NCBI RefSeq assembly: GCF_018350175.1
Contig: NC_058368.1
Location: forward strand, 99,078,001-99,142,000
Length of the DNA: 64,000 nt
From: Felis catus
Taxonomy: Eukaryota
Reading direction: 5' to 3'
The notes beneath the pieces were generated by a model. That model was not told the DNA's origin. It saw nothing but the letters and a program-made list of their open reading frames with translations, and ran no database searches. Made by a program: the position numbers and the translations under genes. Shown one piece after another: positions 24,874-36,900 of this stretch. Position 1 is the first letter of the stretch. Each line of letters starts with the position of its first letter.

Positions 24874-25113
24874 GAAAATGAAATGTAGGGTATTATATAG
24901 AAAAATGGTTTGATAAACTTTTCTTGCTCTACTGCGAAGAAAAAAGTGAGGGAGAAGTTAAAAGAGGTAGACAGAGATTTTAATACATCCTGCCTTGGAT
25001 TTGAGTAGTTAAAAGTAAAGTAAATATTTACTTCAAACACTTGTTTGGTTTTTAACATACTTCACCTATAATTAAAGCACAAGTTTCCTTGTAAGCTGGC
25101 TTACTGTCATTTC

Positions 25114-25345
25114 TTTTTCCTTTTTTTTTTAAATTTGTTTAATGTTTATTTTTGAGAGAGAGAGAGAGAACGAACCGCTCGGGGGAGGGGCAGAAAGAGA
25201 GGGAGACACAGAATCTGAAGCAGTCTCCAGGCTCTGACCTGTCAGTACAGAGCCTGATGCATGGCTTGAACACACAAGCCGTGAGATCTTAGCCTGAGCC
25301 TAAGTCAGACGCTTAACCAAGCTTGATAAGCTACCAAGACATCCC
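25114..25345 (-). mobile_element. CAN-SINE
   Basis: SINE body on minus; head degenerate. Confidence 0.92.
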
Positions 25346-26800
25346 GGTTCTATATCATAAATAATGTAAAGTCTTGGAACTATAATTTGGTTATGTTGAA
25401 GTGATGGAAACAAAATAGACATAAATTAAATATTTTAGATAAGTGTTGGATGTTAAATAGAATCTTTCACATGAAGTAAGGAAGAGAAAAAAATGGAGCC
25501 AAGAACATTAACTCATCCTTTTATAGTGCAGAGGGAGCCTGCCATACTGTGCATTTTTAAATGTTGTCTAGAAAGAGATGCCATTTAATGGACTCATATC
25601 AAAGGAAAATATCAGGGTTCCATAGCCTTTCAGTTTAGTTGCACAGGACAGTATAGGTTTGTTTACATAGTTTTGGTTTCCTTTGCATTTCTGTGCACTC
25701 AGTCTTTTGGATTTCAGAATTGCAAGCTATGATTTGGATTAGTTTCTAAAAATGTGTAAATGACATCACTTTAGTAAGTATCAGTAATGTGACAAGCGCT
25801 GTAAGGTGGCATTACAGTAAAATAATGAGTTTTCAAAATTTACATCATAATAGGTACATTCCTCACACATATAAAAAGCTGTTTACTCTTTACTTCTTCA
25901 GGAAAATAACCTGCTCTAAAATAATACTTAAATTTAAATATCAAGTCTGGAAATCTCTATGAAAAGCAAGATGCCAGACAGTCCTGTTTGTCTCATAATC
26001 TCCCGTCCTTATTTTAGAACGCTATACACAAGGCATGCAACTAGAAGAGAAGTGGTCCTATTTAGTTAACTTTTTGTTTACTTTTCTAAATCACAATTAA
26101 CACGGCTCACATCCCTCCCGTAACTTTTGCAGGAACAGCCAATGTTAGTAATTTCCTGGAGCCCCTTCCCCAACACAAACCTTGGAGCTGAGTAATGCAG
26201 GAAATTTGGGGGAGGAATTTCTGTTGTTCTGTCCATGCTGGTCACTGATGATTGAGCTGAGTTAATCTCTTCCAAAGCAGGAAGCCCCCATAAATCCAAA
26301 TGCTTGCTTCCTTACTGCCATGCCACACTGCTGACCCTTGGCTATGGCTCCCAAGGGGGATGGGCATTGTGTGTGTTCAGACCACAGGTAGCTGTAAGTC
26401 AGCCCTTCACAGGTACCCTCTGTTCTCTGGTGCAGTGAAGGATTTTTTTTTTAAGTTAGCTGCTTTTCCAAGAACCTTCTTACTTCTCCATCAGTCATGA
26501 AACTCAGTTCCCTCTCTCTTTGTAGTTGAATCATCCCCTTCTCCCTTGAAGTTTTGAAGCCATGCTGGGACATCCCAAAACACCAAATAACACTTTTCAG
26601 GTTCTAGGGAAAGCCAGATATTATCCAAGACCAAATATGTGGCTGCTCTGAGAAGTAAGGAGTGAAACAGGGAAAAATCCTTTTTATGTATAACAAAAGC
26701 TAAACAGAAAAAAAAATTATCAGAAAATTATTTTGCAGTTTAGCTACTAAATCCTTCAAAAAAACAAGAAGGATTCAGGTTGTACTTGAAAGGAAATGCT

Positions 26801-27196
26801 TGTTTTAGTCAGTTCAGGTTGCTATAACAAAATACCTTAGACAGGATGGGTAAAGCAATAGACATTTTTTTTTTTTTTTCTTACAATTCTGGAGGCTGGG
26901 GAATCCAAGGTCAAGGTGTTAACATTGGGTGCCTGGTGAGAGCTGTTTGAATGGCTTGTAGTCAGCTCCTTTCTCTCTATGTGCTCAAAGGACCTATCCT
27001 CAAGGCTGCTTCTAGAGAGAGTTCTTGGGTCTCATCCTTTTCTCATAGGAACACTAATCCCATGAAGGTACCACCCTCACTACCTCATGAAAACCTAATC
27101 ACCTCCCAAAGGGCCTGCTTTCAAGTATCATCACATTGAGGGTGAGTGTTTCAATGTGTGAATTTCAGGGGAACACAAACATTTCAGTCTGTTACA
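26801..27196. mobile_element. MaLR solo LTR (MLT1A-like)
   Basis: TGTTTTAGTCAGTTCAGGTTGCTATAACAAAATACC...TTCTGGAGGCTGGGGAATCCAAGGTCAAGGTG...GGGAACACAAACATTTCAGTCTGTTACA. Confidence 0.88.
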
Positions 27197-29089
27197 ATGC
27201 TTTATAGGAGCATTTTGTTTTCAACTTTTATTTCACACACAATTTCCAGGTTTAGTATTTGACTTTTATCATCATAGCCATGATGCAGGGTCATCATTTT
27301 TCTCTGTTGACTTCTATTGTTAATGCGATACAGTACGAATGGCCAAATCTTAATCACAACCTGGTCTTTTTCTCCCTGGAGTTACAATGTCATTTATATC
27401 TGCCACCTTGCCATTTCTCCTAATATGTCTTACCAGTTTTTCAAATTCTGTAAGCCCCAAACTGAACTTATGCTCATATTTTTCTCACAATATCCCTGTA
27501 GGCTTTCTTAATTCTCTGGTTTGAGCCAACAATGACCCAGTCACCCAGTCCCCAAATTCAGTCGTCTCTGAAGTATTCCTGTAGTTTACCCCATATCAAG
27601 TATGATCTCTAAGTACAATAGACTTGGTTCTTCCTTGGAGTCTTGCTGACTCCACTGTCATCTCTTTTGATTCAAGCCCTTATTATTTCATGTCTAGATC
27701 ATTGCGATCGCCACTTTAGTTTTCTTTCCATTTCTCTTCCTAACAGACTCTATCGTGGCCTCTTGATTTTTCTTCCTCTAGCTTACCTTAGTTCATGTTA
27801 CTCCCTTGCTTAAGATTGTGTATTGTTTTCCTTATATTTCTACGATAACACTTGCTTATGTCTGGCCGTCAAAGCCGTATGATCTGGGTTCATTTCACTT
27901 CTGCATTCACCTGCATCAAACGCACTGCCAAAATCCTTGTTTCTTGCCTTTCTTTCCCTTTCGTGGTACACTTTTGGAGCTCTTCTCTGCTTCTCAAAAT
28001 TCGTCATTCCTAGAGGCCTAGTTTTAGTCACACCATCTTTATTAACTGTCCCTGATGTTCCAGCCATCAGTTAGCTTCTGTCATGAGAAGTGCGGTTATA
28101 TTTCTTATGCCGTCCATATGGTACGCAACATCCATTGATCTGATTTGTACCTTATCTTTTTGGGGGGTTTGTGTTGGTGTTATTTTGGGTTTTTTTTGGG
28201 GGGGGTTATTTTCATCTAAAGCGATTTCAGATTTACATTTGCAACTCAAGATATGCCCATGTGCAATTTTAGTTATCCTTTTGCACCACAGCTAGCTTTG
28301 CTTGGAACTAAGCCAAGTTCTGGAGTTCACATTTCTTCTGATGAAGGGTCTATTAGTTTTCAAGAATCGCATCACACACTAGGAAATCTCAGTTTCCACA
28401 GCAGGAAAGGGTCCAGGACATTTTTCTAGATCTCCTCTGTGGCTCTTTGGAAGTGTGTGAGACCAGATGGGGTGATATGGCTGTTGTGTCTGTTGTATGC
28501 TGGCAGACTCGTAGTGTCATATGTCCAAATACATGGTTCCTCTCAGTTTTCTAAGAAGGCAGGGAGGGAATACATTTGAAGGGTCTCTTCAGATCCTCTT
28601 GGCTTTCTCTTCCTTTAAACACTTAGCAGTTTGCTTAGCCTCAGGCATAGCTATTTTGGTGTGCGTGTTTGACCGGGTCAGCTACCACTTTGCCCTGTGA
28701 CTTGCCTGCTTATTCAGAGTTCTTGCCACTTTTGGACTGAGACAAAACACTGCCTACTGGCATGAGACACTGCTTTTCAATAATCTACCAAGGTTGTACA
28801 CTTTGGAATTGGAGGTAACTAACTTCCTATGGAGAAGACAGAACATTCTAAGAAGCTTTGCAGATAAACATGATCTCTCTTTTTCTTCCCTCTGAAAAAC
28901 TTCCCTAAAGTATAGTTTCTCTGTGGAGTTTATCCAGAAATGTCCTCTCTCATCGAGTGGAGACCTTTGCTTAGAAAATAGTTTATTGTGAAGACACAGC
29001 CAATATGGGGCCTTGAGGCCATTTCATGGGTTGGCTCCCTTCCTTCCATACTTCATGTATTCTTTCTCTTGCTCAGACATCTTACCAAA

Positions 29090-29950
29090 TATTTGGGGTG
29101 TTCTGGAACCAGTTTCATTGAAGGTTGGGGTTGGTTTCCTCCACAGCACTAAGCAGTTCTTAGATACCAGCTGGGCATCCTACAATTCAGCTCACTTCTG
29201 ACACTGTCTGTTTATATCAGTTCCGTTAGATTAAGTGTTCAGTCTTACTGGACTGCCCCCCACAAAAACTTCAGACACCAGTCTGAAGCCTGGGCTCCTG
29301 ACCAATCAGCTGTAGATTGGAGGTTCCAACAACTCTTGCCTTAGGTTCCAGATGCCAGTAGCAAGTCCAGGTTATTACATGTACTTCTGATCAAACCGAT
29401 AGAAGTCAGAGCTTCCTACAACCCCCTCCTTCTTTGGGTTTGATTAATTTGCTAGAATGGCTCATAGAACTCAGAGCAGCATTTTACTTGTTAGGTCATC
29501 AGGTTATTATAAAAAGATATAACTCAGAAATAGGCAGACAGAAGAGACACATAGGACAAGGTATGGGGAAAGGACATGGAGCTTCCATACCCTCTCCTGA
29601 CATTTCCATGTGTTCACCAACCTGGAGGCTCTCTAAACCTAGTCTTTCAGGGTTTTATGGTGGCCTCATGAAGTAGGCATGATTGTTATTGGCAAATGAT
29701 TCAAACTCCAGCCCATCTCCCCTCCCTGAAGTTCGGGGGGGTGGGGTGGGACTAAAATTTCTAACCTAATCACATGTTTGGCAGTTCTGGCAAGAAGCCA
29801 CTATTCCTAGGTGCTTCCAAAACTGACCTCATTAAGATAAACAAGACACTTCTATAGCTCTCATTACTTAGAAAACTCCAAGGGTTTTAGTAGCTCTGTA
29901 CCAGCGATGAGGACAAAGACAAAATATTTATTATAAATCACAGTATCACA
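29090..29950. mobile_element. MER21-family LTR
   Basis: Diagnostic motifs CCAGCTGGGCATCCTACAATTCA, GGGTTTGATTAATTTGCTAGAATGGCTCATAGAACTCAG and end TTATAAATCACAGTATCACA. Flanks (~28790-29090, 29950-30015) look like a second, interrupted old LTR. Confidence 0.85.
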
Positions 29951-30231
29951 CCAAGAAAACATCAATACTTATTCCCTCCCTGGAGCTGGTTTTCTAGAAA
30001 ACCTTAGCTAAGTCATTTCATATGTAATGAACTTAATTCGTAGGCTTCCCTATTGTGCTGTAGATAAGAAACTTGAAAGAAAGGTCAGGGTCAGCCTCTG
30101 CACTCAAGTGCAAACTGGTGCTCTTCTCTCTAGTCCTGTCCCTGCCCTCCCTACAGTCTAGTAAGGGTCTTTCTCTTTCTGCTGCTCTGTTCTCTCATTT
30201 TTGTCTTTATGTTTTGAACCTATAATTTCTT

Positions 30232-30307
30232 GGGGTACCTGGGTGGCTCAGTCGGTTGAGGATCCAACTCTTTTTTTTTTTAATTTTTTAAAAAACATGT
30301 ATGCACC

Positions 30308-30360
<53 letters not shown>

Positions 30361-30717
30361 ATGAATGGAGGAGGGGCAGAGAGAGAAGGAGACACAGAAT
30401 CCGAAGCAGACTTCAGACTCTGAGGTGTCAACACAACCCGATGCGGGGCTTGAACCCATGAACCGCGAGGTCATAACCTGAGCCAAAGTCGGTCACTTAA
30501 CCAACTGAGCCACCCGGGCACCCCAGATCATCATCTGACTCCTGATTTTGGCTCAGGTCATGATTTCACAGTTCGGAGATCAAGCCCTGTGTCAGGCTCT
30601 GCATTGACAGCACAGAGCCTGGTGGGACTCTCTCTCTTTCTCTCTCTCTCTGCTTTTGTCTCTCTGCCTCTCCCCTGCTCATGCACACTCTCTCTCTAAA
30701 AAAAAAAGAAAAAAAAA
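30232..30717 (+). mobile_element. CAN-SINE split by an antisense SINE
   Basis: Head at 30232-30270; the body resumes at ~30530 (GATTTTGGCTCAGGTCATGA) and runs to the A-tail. Confidence 0.92.
30271..30524 (-). mobile_element. CAN-SINE nested in SINE
   Basis: Complete minus-strand SINE with long (GA)n. Confidence 0.94.
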
Positions 30718-30774
30718 GTTTTCTGCTTTTAATGAAATCCAGCTCTTGCAAATGAATGCATTGTTTTCCAGACT

Positions 30775-30782
30775 TTTCTTTT

Positions 30783-30854
<72 letters not shown>

Positions 30855-30857
30855 TTT
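30775..30857. repeat. (TTTC)n tetranucleotide repeat
   Basis: Direct observation. Confidence 0.95.
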
Positions 30858-31898
30858 CAGACTATTGTTTCCTACAAGCACTTTTAAAAACCTTTCTTAA
30901 GGTCAAGTCTAAGTGATTCGTTTTTTTGTCCCTCTAGGCAGCACCTTCTGCTCCATGTGTTCAAGGATCACATTGCAGCAGAAAATTTTCTGGAAATGAA
31001 AACCTTATTCAGTGGAAGTCATCCAACAGAGGAATGAAAAATAATGTGTTACATGTATTCAGGAGTTAAAATGAGTGAAATAGATCTATCTGTAACTATC
31101 TTTATCTCAACATAGACATATCAACGTCTAATGTTTCATAAAATTATGTCTCTAAAGAGACAAATATAATTTTAGCTGCATGATGGGTTCGTGGGCTTTT
31201 TAAAAACATTATCAATTTTCTTAGTGTCTGAAAGGTCTCATATTTTTTAGAAAAGAAGAAAATTAATCTCAATTTAATATTCGATAATAATATCCTTCTA
31301 TATAGATTATATATTTAACTTGGGAGCAAAAATGTCATTTCTTGAGCTGGATCTCTTATACGATTGAACTTACTTAGGTCACTAAATAGGTTCTAGGCGT
31401 GTAATAGTTTCTTTGTTTATTAACCCAATACACATTTATCAAATGGTGTTACAAAGATAAAAGATTGTGTGCGTATCAACATAGTTGTGCTTATGTGTAT
31501 AAATAACAAAACATTCATTAATTCTGTAACATTTTGCCTTAAAAATATGTAGTGCATATTTCATTGAATCTCCTTTTATATTAGTTTTTCTGTTCCGTTT
31601 TTACATCTTAAATCACTAGTGTTTTGTTCAGAAATCTGTGGCCTACAAGAGTCACTTTGCGCATGTTTGGAGTTTTGAAGTAGGAGAAAGAAGAGTCTAT
31701 TTTCAGAGAAAAGCAAAACAAGTCAGTCAATTCGGTTTTAACAAATGAATCATAAAAAAAGGGTCCACTCCATTTCCCCAGCCTGGCCTCTCAGTCATAG
31801 TCAAGTCATGTGAATGTCTCTTTATGTGTCAGTCACCCTGGAAAAAAAAAAAAGTGGTAAAGCTGGGACTACAGTTTCTGAGTACTTCAGTAAAGAGT

Positions 31899-32108
31899 AT
31901 TTATTTATTTATTTAAATATTTATTTTGGGGTGAGCGCAAGTGGGGGAGGGGCAGAGAGAGGAAGACAGAATATCCAAACCGGGCTCTGTGCTGATGCTG
32001 ACAGGCTAATGGCAACGAACTGGATGTGGGGCTCAAACTCATAAACCGGGAGACCATGACCTCAGCCGAACTGGGACACTCACCCGACTGAGCCACTAAG
32101 GCTCCCCA
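31899..32108 (-). mobile_element. CAN-SINE
   Basis: SINE body; TSD AAGAG(T/A)ATTTA. Confidence 0.92.
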
Positions 32109-32562
32109 AGAGAATTTAATTAAATCTGCTTCTCCAGGTGAAGGAATGCTTTTCAAATAGGGGAACATTTGCCCTAAAGACTGGAGCTGGTTTTGACGAC
32201 AGAGACGACAGAAAGCATGCCCTTCTCTTCCCTCCATTGGCACCAAATGAAAATATGGCTAAGAGATTGAGTCCTGAAGCAGAGTAGGTGGATAGGTAAT
32301 CTTCATGATGATCACCAGGCCACATTTTCTTCCCCGAGCCCTGAGATTCTGCTATAAATTACAACTAATCTTGCTTGAAGCTCAGTCAAGAGTGACGATG
32401 CAGAAGTGATGTCTGCTTCACTCTGGTCATGCCTGGGGGACTGAAGGTTGCAGAGAAGGAAGAATAGACAGAGCCAGTACTTACTGCAGTGAGATCAAAC
32501 TGGCTTGTGAGGTGACAACTTTTATGTTACTTTTTAATTTTCTTGAAGCCATGAATGACTCA

Positions 32563-32563
<1 letters not shown>

Positions 32564-32630
<67 letters not shown>
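32564..32630. repeat. Compound (TG)n(CG)3(TG)n microsatellite
   Basis: Direct observation. Confidence 0.95.
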
Positions 32631-32632
<2 letters not shown>

Positions 32633-33859
32633 GTTTGTGTCTGTGGTGGGGAGACACAGCCCACAGAGAGCGGCAGAGCCCTGGGAAGGGAGAGGTGGTA
32701 ATGACTACTGATTCAGAAATGTCCAGGCCTGGCTGTACAGTATGCATCCCAATTGTTCCTCCCACGCTCATCCCCACACTTGTGCAGCACAGCAAAAAAA
32801 GAAATCTACTCCTAAGGTAGATTGTCCTTCTCTTCCAGCCTTTGTTTCTTTTCCTTTCTCTTTGAAGTATAGAAATGTGCCTCTTTCTAGGGCCTGACTC
32901 AGGCCATCATTTCTAATGGAAAGCCTTCATAGGACAGCTACTCAACTAGGGAGCCTTATGAAATCCTTAAAGAAACAAAAAAAAATTAGGCATTGTATGC
33001 TAACCTTGGAAGTGCTTCCCTATTGTATCTAACACCTTTCTTTTATTGCCAGTGCTTCAGGCAAGAATGTGGCATCTTGTCTGAAGTGACTAAAAAAAAA
33101 AAACTTTGAAAAACAAGGATCCATCCAGACAGTCTAACCTAATTTTCTACTGTATCACTTGAAGCATACGTCACAAAATTCAATAATCATTGTGATTTGC
33201 TTTTGGTTTTATTTTATGAAAACCTGTGGAGAAAAACAACGTGACAACTGAAAAAGAAATGATGCCAATTTAAACAACTCTCCAGTGAAGCAAAATAAGA
33301 GAATCGTGGTATAATTAACACATTTCTTAGACTGACAGATTATATTTTTCTTACATAAATCCCAGCTTTTGCTAAGAATTTGTTAATATATACTCATGAT
33401 TACTTCTCTACATAAAAGATGAAAAATTTTTTTTTCATTAAAGGTCAAATTTAATTTTGGCCCAGGGTGATAAAAGTTTCTAGTGCTTCCCTGTCAGAGA
33501 TTTTTGGTATAATTTCTGGAGAGTGATGATGGTATTCTGAAAGCTGCATGGGAAACAGAAATAATTCCTGCGTTTTTAGAATAAACATATCAGTATCTGA
33601 CAGTGCAGGCTCTTAGGACTCTCTAGCTTTTGTTTTAGGAAATTCTGACAAACAATGGCCACAAGCTTGGTCTCTAATCATTCTAGGTAAATGCAGTCAC
33701 AACAAAGCCTTTGTGGCTTTATTTGGAGGAGGAGTAAGCATAGCCTCTTACTTACTTGAAAATCTGGGAGCAGCTGGAGACAACCAGTGTTTCCCTCTTC
33801 CCAGGTCATTTCCCCCTGACCAGGTGAATCGATAAAAGTGTTTCCTCATTTAGACACTA

Positions 33860-34078
33860 GAGCGAGGATTGTCAACCTTATTCTCTTTATAAAGATCCAG
33901 ATGGTAAATATTTTAGACTTCACAGGCCACATGGTCTCTGTCACAACTACCCAACTTTTTTGTGCCGCCGAAGCAGCTCTTGACAATATGTAAATAAATG
34001 AGCAAGGCTGTGTTCCAGTAACATTTTATTTACAAAAGCAGACTGTGGGCTGACCAGGGTTTGCTGGCCTCTACTCCA
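33860..34078. mobile_element. MER58A hAT MITE
   Basis: CCAGATGGTAAATATTTTAGACTTCACAGGCCACATGGTCTCTGTCACAACTACCCAAC...GGCTGTGTTCCAGTAACATTTTATTTACAAAAGCAG matches MER58A. Confidence 0.9.
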
Positions 34079-34997
34079 GAGCATTGGATTATCTTCCAGG
34101 TCATCTGTCCAGTTCCCTGTATAAACAGTTTCCTAAGAAAACTGAAAACTCCCTGCTCCTCACATTTTGCACTCCTCTTCCTAGATTTGATTTCCAGCCA
34201 AAGTGATAACACGGGGGTGGGAAGTATTTGTCACTCTGGCAAGAAACAGTCCCCTATTCTTCCGGGATGGGAACATGCGTTAAATTTGAAAAAAACACTT
34301 GTGAGACGAATGGCTTGAAGTAACACATGGTTCACAGGGGTTGACTATGGGAATTAGCTCTGATTACAACTGGCTTAGAGGAAAGGTGTGGAGCCAAGGA
34401 CTGATTCATTGCTATAAGGTCATGACTGATGCTACTCCGGTGTCAATGCTAGACGTAGGACTCCTTTGCTTAATCCAATTACCATGTGATGGAGACAGGC
34501 TTGCATGTACTCAGAGGCTAGCTGGCAGCTGGCTCTCTGCAGGGGCCACCAGCAAAAGCAGATGGTTTACAAAGGGACTAGGACTACTTATAAGAATGCT
34601 GTTACTGCTTATTGAACATGTAACCTAAGCATTGTGTGAACATGATCTCATTTAATCTTCTGAGTTACTCCTTGAAGTAAATATTGGGAGCCCCCATTAT
34701 GTGAAGACAAAAGAGCTTAATGGTTCCAAAGGCTTGGTTACAATAAAGCAAAAGAAGGTGGTATGTTCCTGAGTTAGGACACATTCCAAGTGTGAGCGGC
34801 ACTGTGCTATTCAGTCTGACAGTGACCGACCGGGACCATGACAATAATTTATTTTATGGATTCTATCTCCAAGCCCACAGCCAGAGTGGAGGGCAAGGAA
34901 TCTAAGGGGAAAAGACATTGCAAGGGCTCTAAGGTTCAAAGACACCAGCTCTATCAGTAAGTAGGCAGTTACATACATATTCTGGAGAGTCCACAGA

Positions 34998-35100
34998 TTA
35001 GGATAACTAGATGTCCCAGGTTGCCTCAGACTGAAGTGTTCCTCAGAATGTGGGGCTTTCAGCACTAAAACCTGGAATGTTTGCAGCAAACCAGGAGAAT
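34998..35100. mobile_element. MER94-like hAT-Blackjack MITE
   Basis: GTCCCAGGTTGCCTCAGACTGAAGTGTTCCTCAGAATGTGGGGCTTTCAGCACTAAAACC; a related copy lies at ~62848-62940. Confidence 0.65.
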
Positions 35101-35144
35101 AATTCTAGGTATTTAGGTACTTGGGGCTTTCTAGAAGCTCATAA

Positions 35145-35983
35145 GCAATGCTATGCCAAAGCTGCCCATGAAAACTGTTCAGTTTTCAGAAATTGTTTAA
35201 GCCATTGGCTAACCATTATTAAAAGTTAAATTATATAAACTTACAATTAATTATACTGAAATATTAAATGTTCAAAAGTCACCACTTTCTAATTTTTGAG
35301 AAGGCCTCTCACATCTGTGATTTGAGGTTATTGATGTTTACTGTGTGGATTCATACGGTTAGAACTACTACAAATGGTAGGCTACTGCCCATCTCTTCCC
35401 AGCTGTGCGTTCAGTGGCATCATACTGGTGGCACGAATTAGGAAGGGAGATGTTCTATTGTTGGTCTAGAATGCAGTGGGGAAAATGTTAATGTTGGTTA
35501 AACTTCATAGTGCATGATGTGTGTCCAACTGTTGCATTGTATGTAGTGTACTCAATAAAGAGGAAATATTCTTCAGTGTTGGAGAACTGTTACCTTTCTC
35601 AATAAAAATGTAGCTCCCATCATTCACAGATGAGGGAAGTTTTAATTCAATTCTTCATTGCTTCCTTTTCATTTTACTCATTAAAGGAAACCAAATACCC
35701 ACCACCATTCATGCCGCTATACCACCTCATCAAGTGACACTGTAAGTTGGCAACAAATACAAGAGGTTGGCAGAAATCAACTAAAGCATTCTGTGAGAAT
35801 TAATTGACTATGTGGAAATGACAATGAGTATTTATATTTTATCATCATTTATAAATGATGTGCCATCCATTTATGAGTACCGTTTACGATGGATGTATGT
35901 CTCTCTGTATCCATCTCCGTAGATCTATAGCCGTATACTTTTTTTCGGAGAGCCAGTATTAATTATTTCCCAGTATACCACTG
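35145..35983. mobile_element. MER63-family hAT-Blackjack element
   Basis: AAAGTTAAATTATATAAACTTACAATTAA near the left end and GGAGAGCCAGTATTAATTATTTCCCAGTATACCACTG at the right end resemble MER63C/D. Confidence 0.75.
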
Positions 35984-36299
35984 CTCATAAGTTATGGAAT
36001 GTATAGCAACAGGAGAAAAAAACGGAACCCCAGTAGGTAATGGGTTTGAGCTTGTAGCCTGCAGGCTGCTTTGTTCAGAGATGATGGGGTACTGGGTGTA
36101 GCTAAGTCTGTGCATTGCATCTGTCCAAGGAGAAAAATGTTTCTCAAAACAGTCCTGATAATAAATAATGTAAGAGGCAGCCATCTTTGTGGTGCTTATG
36201 CTCATCAGTCTTCCCAGGCTGTGTAACTATGTCCTGAAGTGGCGCTTTGTTGCCTGAAAGTCTTCTGTGGTTGAGTTCATTTATGCCAAGCATTTGCCA

Positions 36300-36425
36300 C
36301 ATAGAATGTAAATTCCATGAAAGGAAAGGCTGAGATTATTTTATTCATTGCTGACTCTTCAAGACGCATAATAGCTTCTCAGTACTTATGCAGTGGGTGC
36401 ATGCATAAATGATTGAATGAGTGAA
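36300..36425 (+). mobile_element. LINE-2 3' end
   Basis: AGAATGTAAATTCCATGAAAGG...TTATTCATTGCTG...ATAAATGATTGAATGAGTGAAT terminal motif. Confidence 0.7.
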
Positions 36426-36685
36426 TTCACTTTTATCATTCTTTTGTAATGCTAGAAGTTGTGATTTCTCATTTCTCAAGGTTTTCTTGGGGGGACAGGG
36501 TAACAGTAACAATATTTTTACCATACTAACCTACTGTCATGCACTTAAATTAGAGCTGAGCTTCTCATGTTTTCCCTACCTAACTTGAAGGATAATCACG
36601 GGCTTGGTCTGGATTTGGAAGTAGCCTGCTTCATGAATACAATTTGTTTACACGTCTGTGTTTACACTCAAACCTTCACATTATC

Positions 36686-36900
36686 TTTTTTATGTTTATT
36701 TATCTTGAGAGAGAGAGAAAGTGAGTGAGCGAGCATGAGTAGAGCAGGAGGGGCAGAGAGAGAAGGAGAGAGAAAATCCCAAGCAGGCTTGGCACTATCA
36801 GCATCAAACCCGGCATGGGGCTCCGTCTCATGAACCATGAGATCATGACCTGAGCCAGAATTAAGATTCGAATGCTTAACTGAGCCACCCAGTCACCCCC
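36686..36900 (-). mobile_element. CAN-SINE
   Basis: SINE body; TSD approx ACATT(G)ATCTTTT. Confidence 0.94.
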
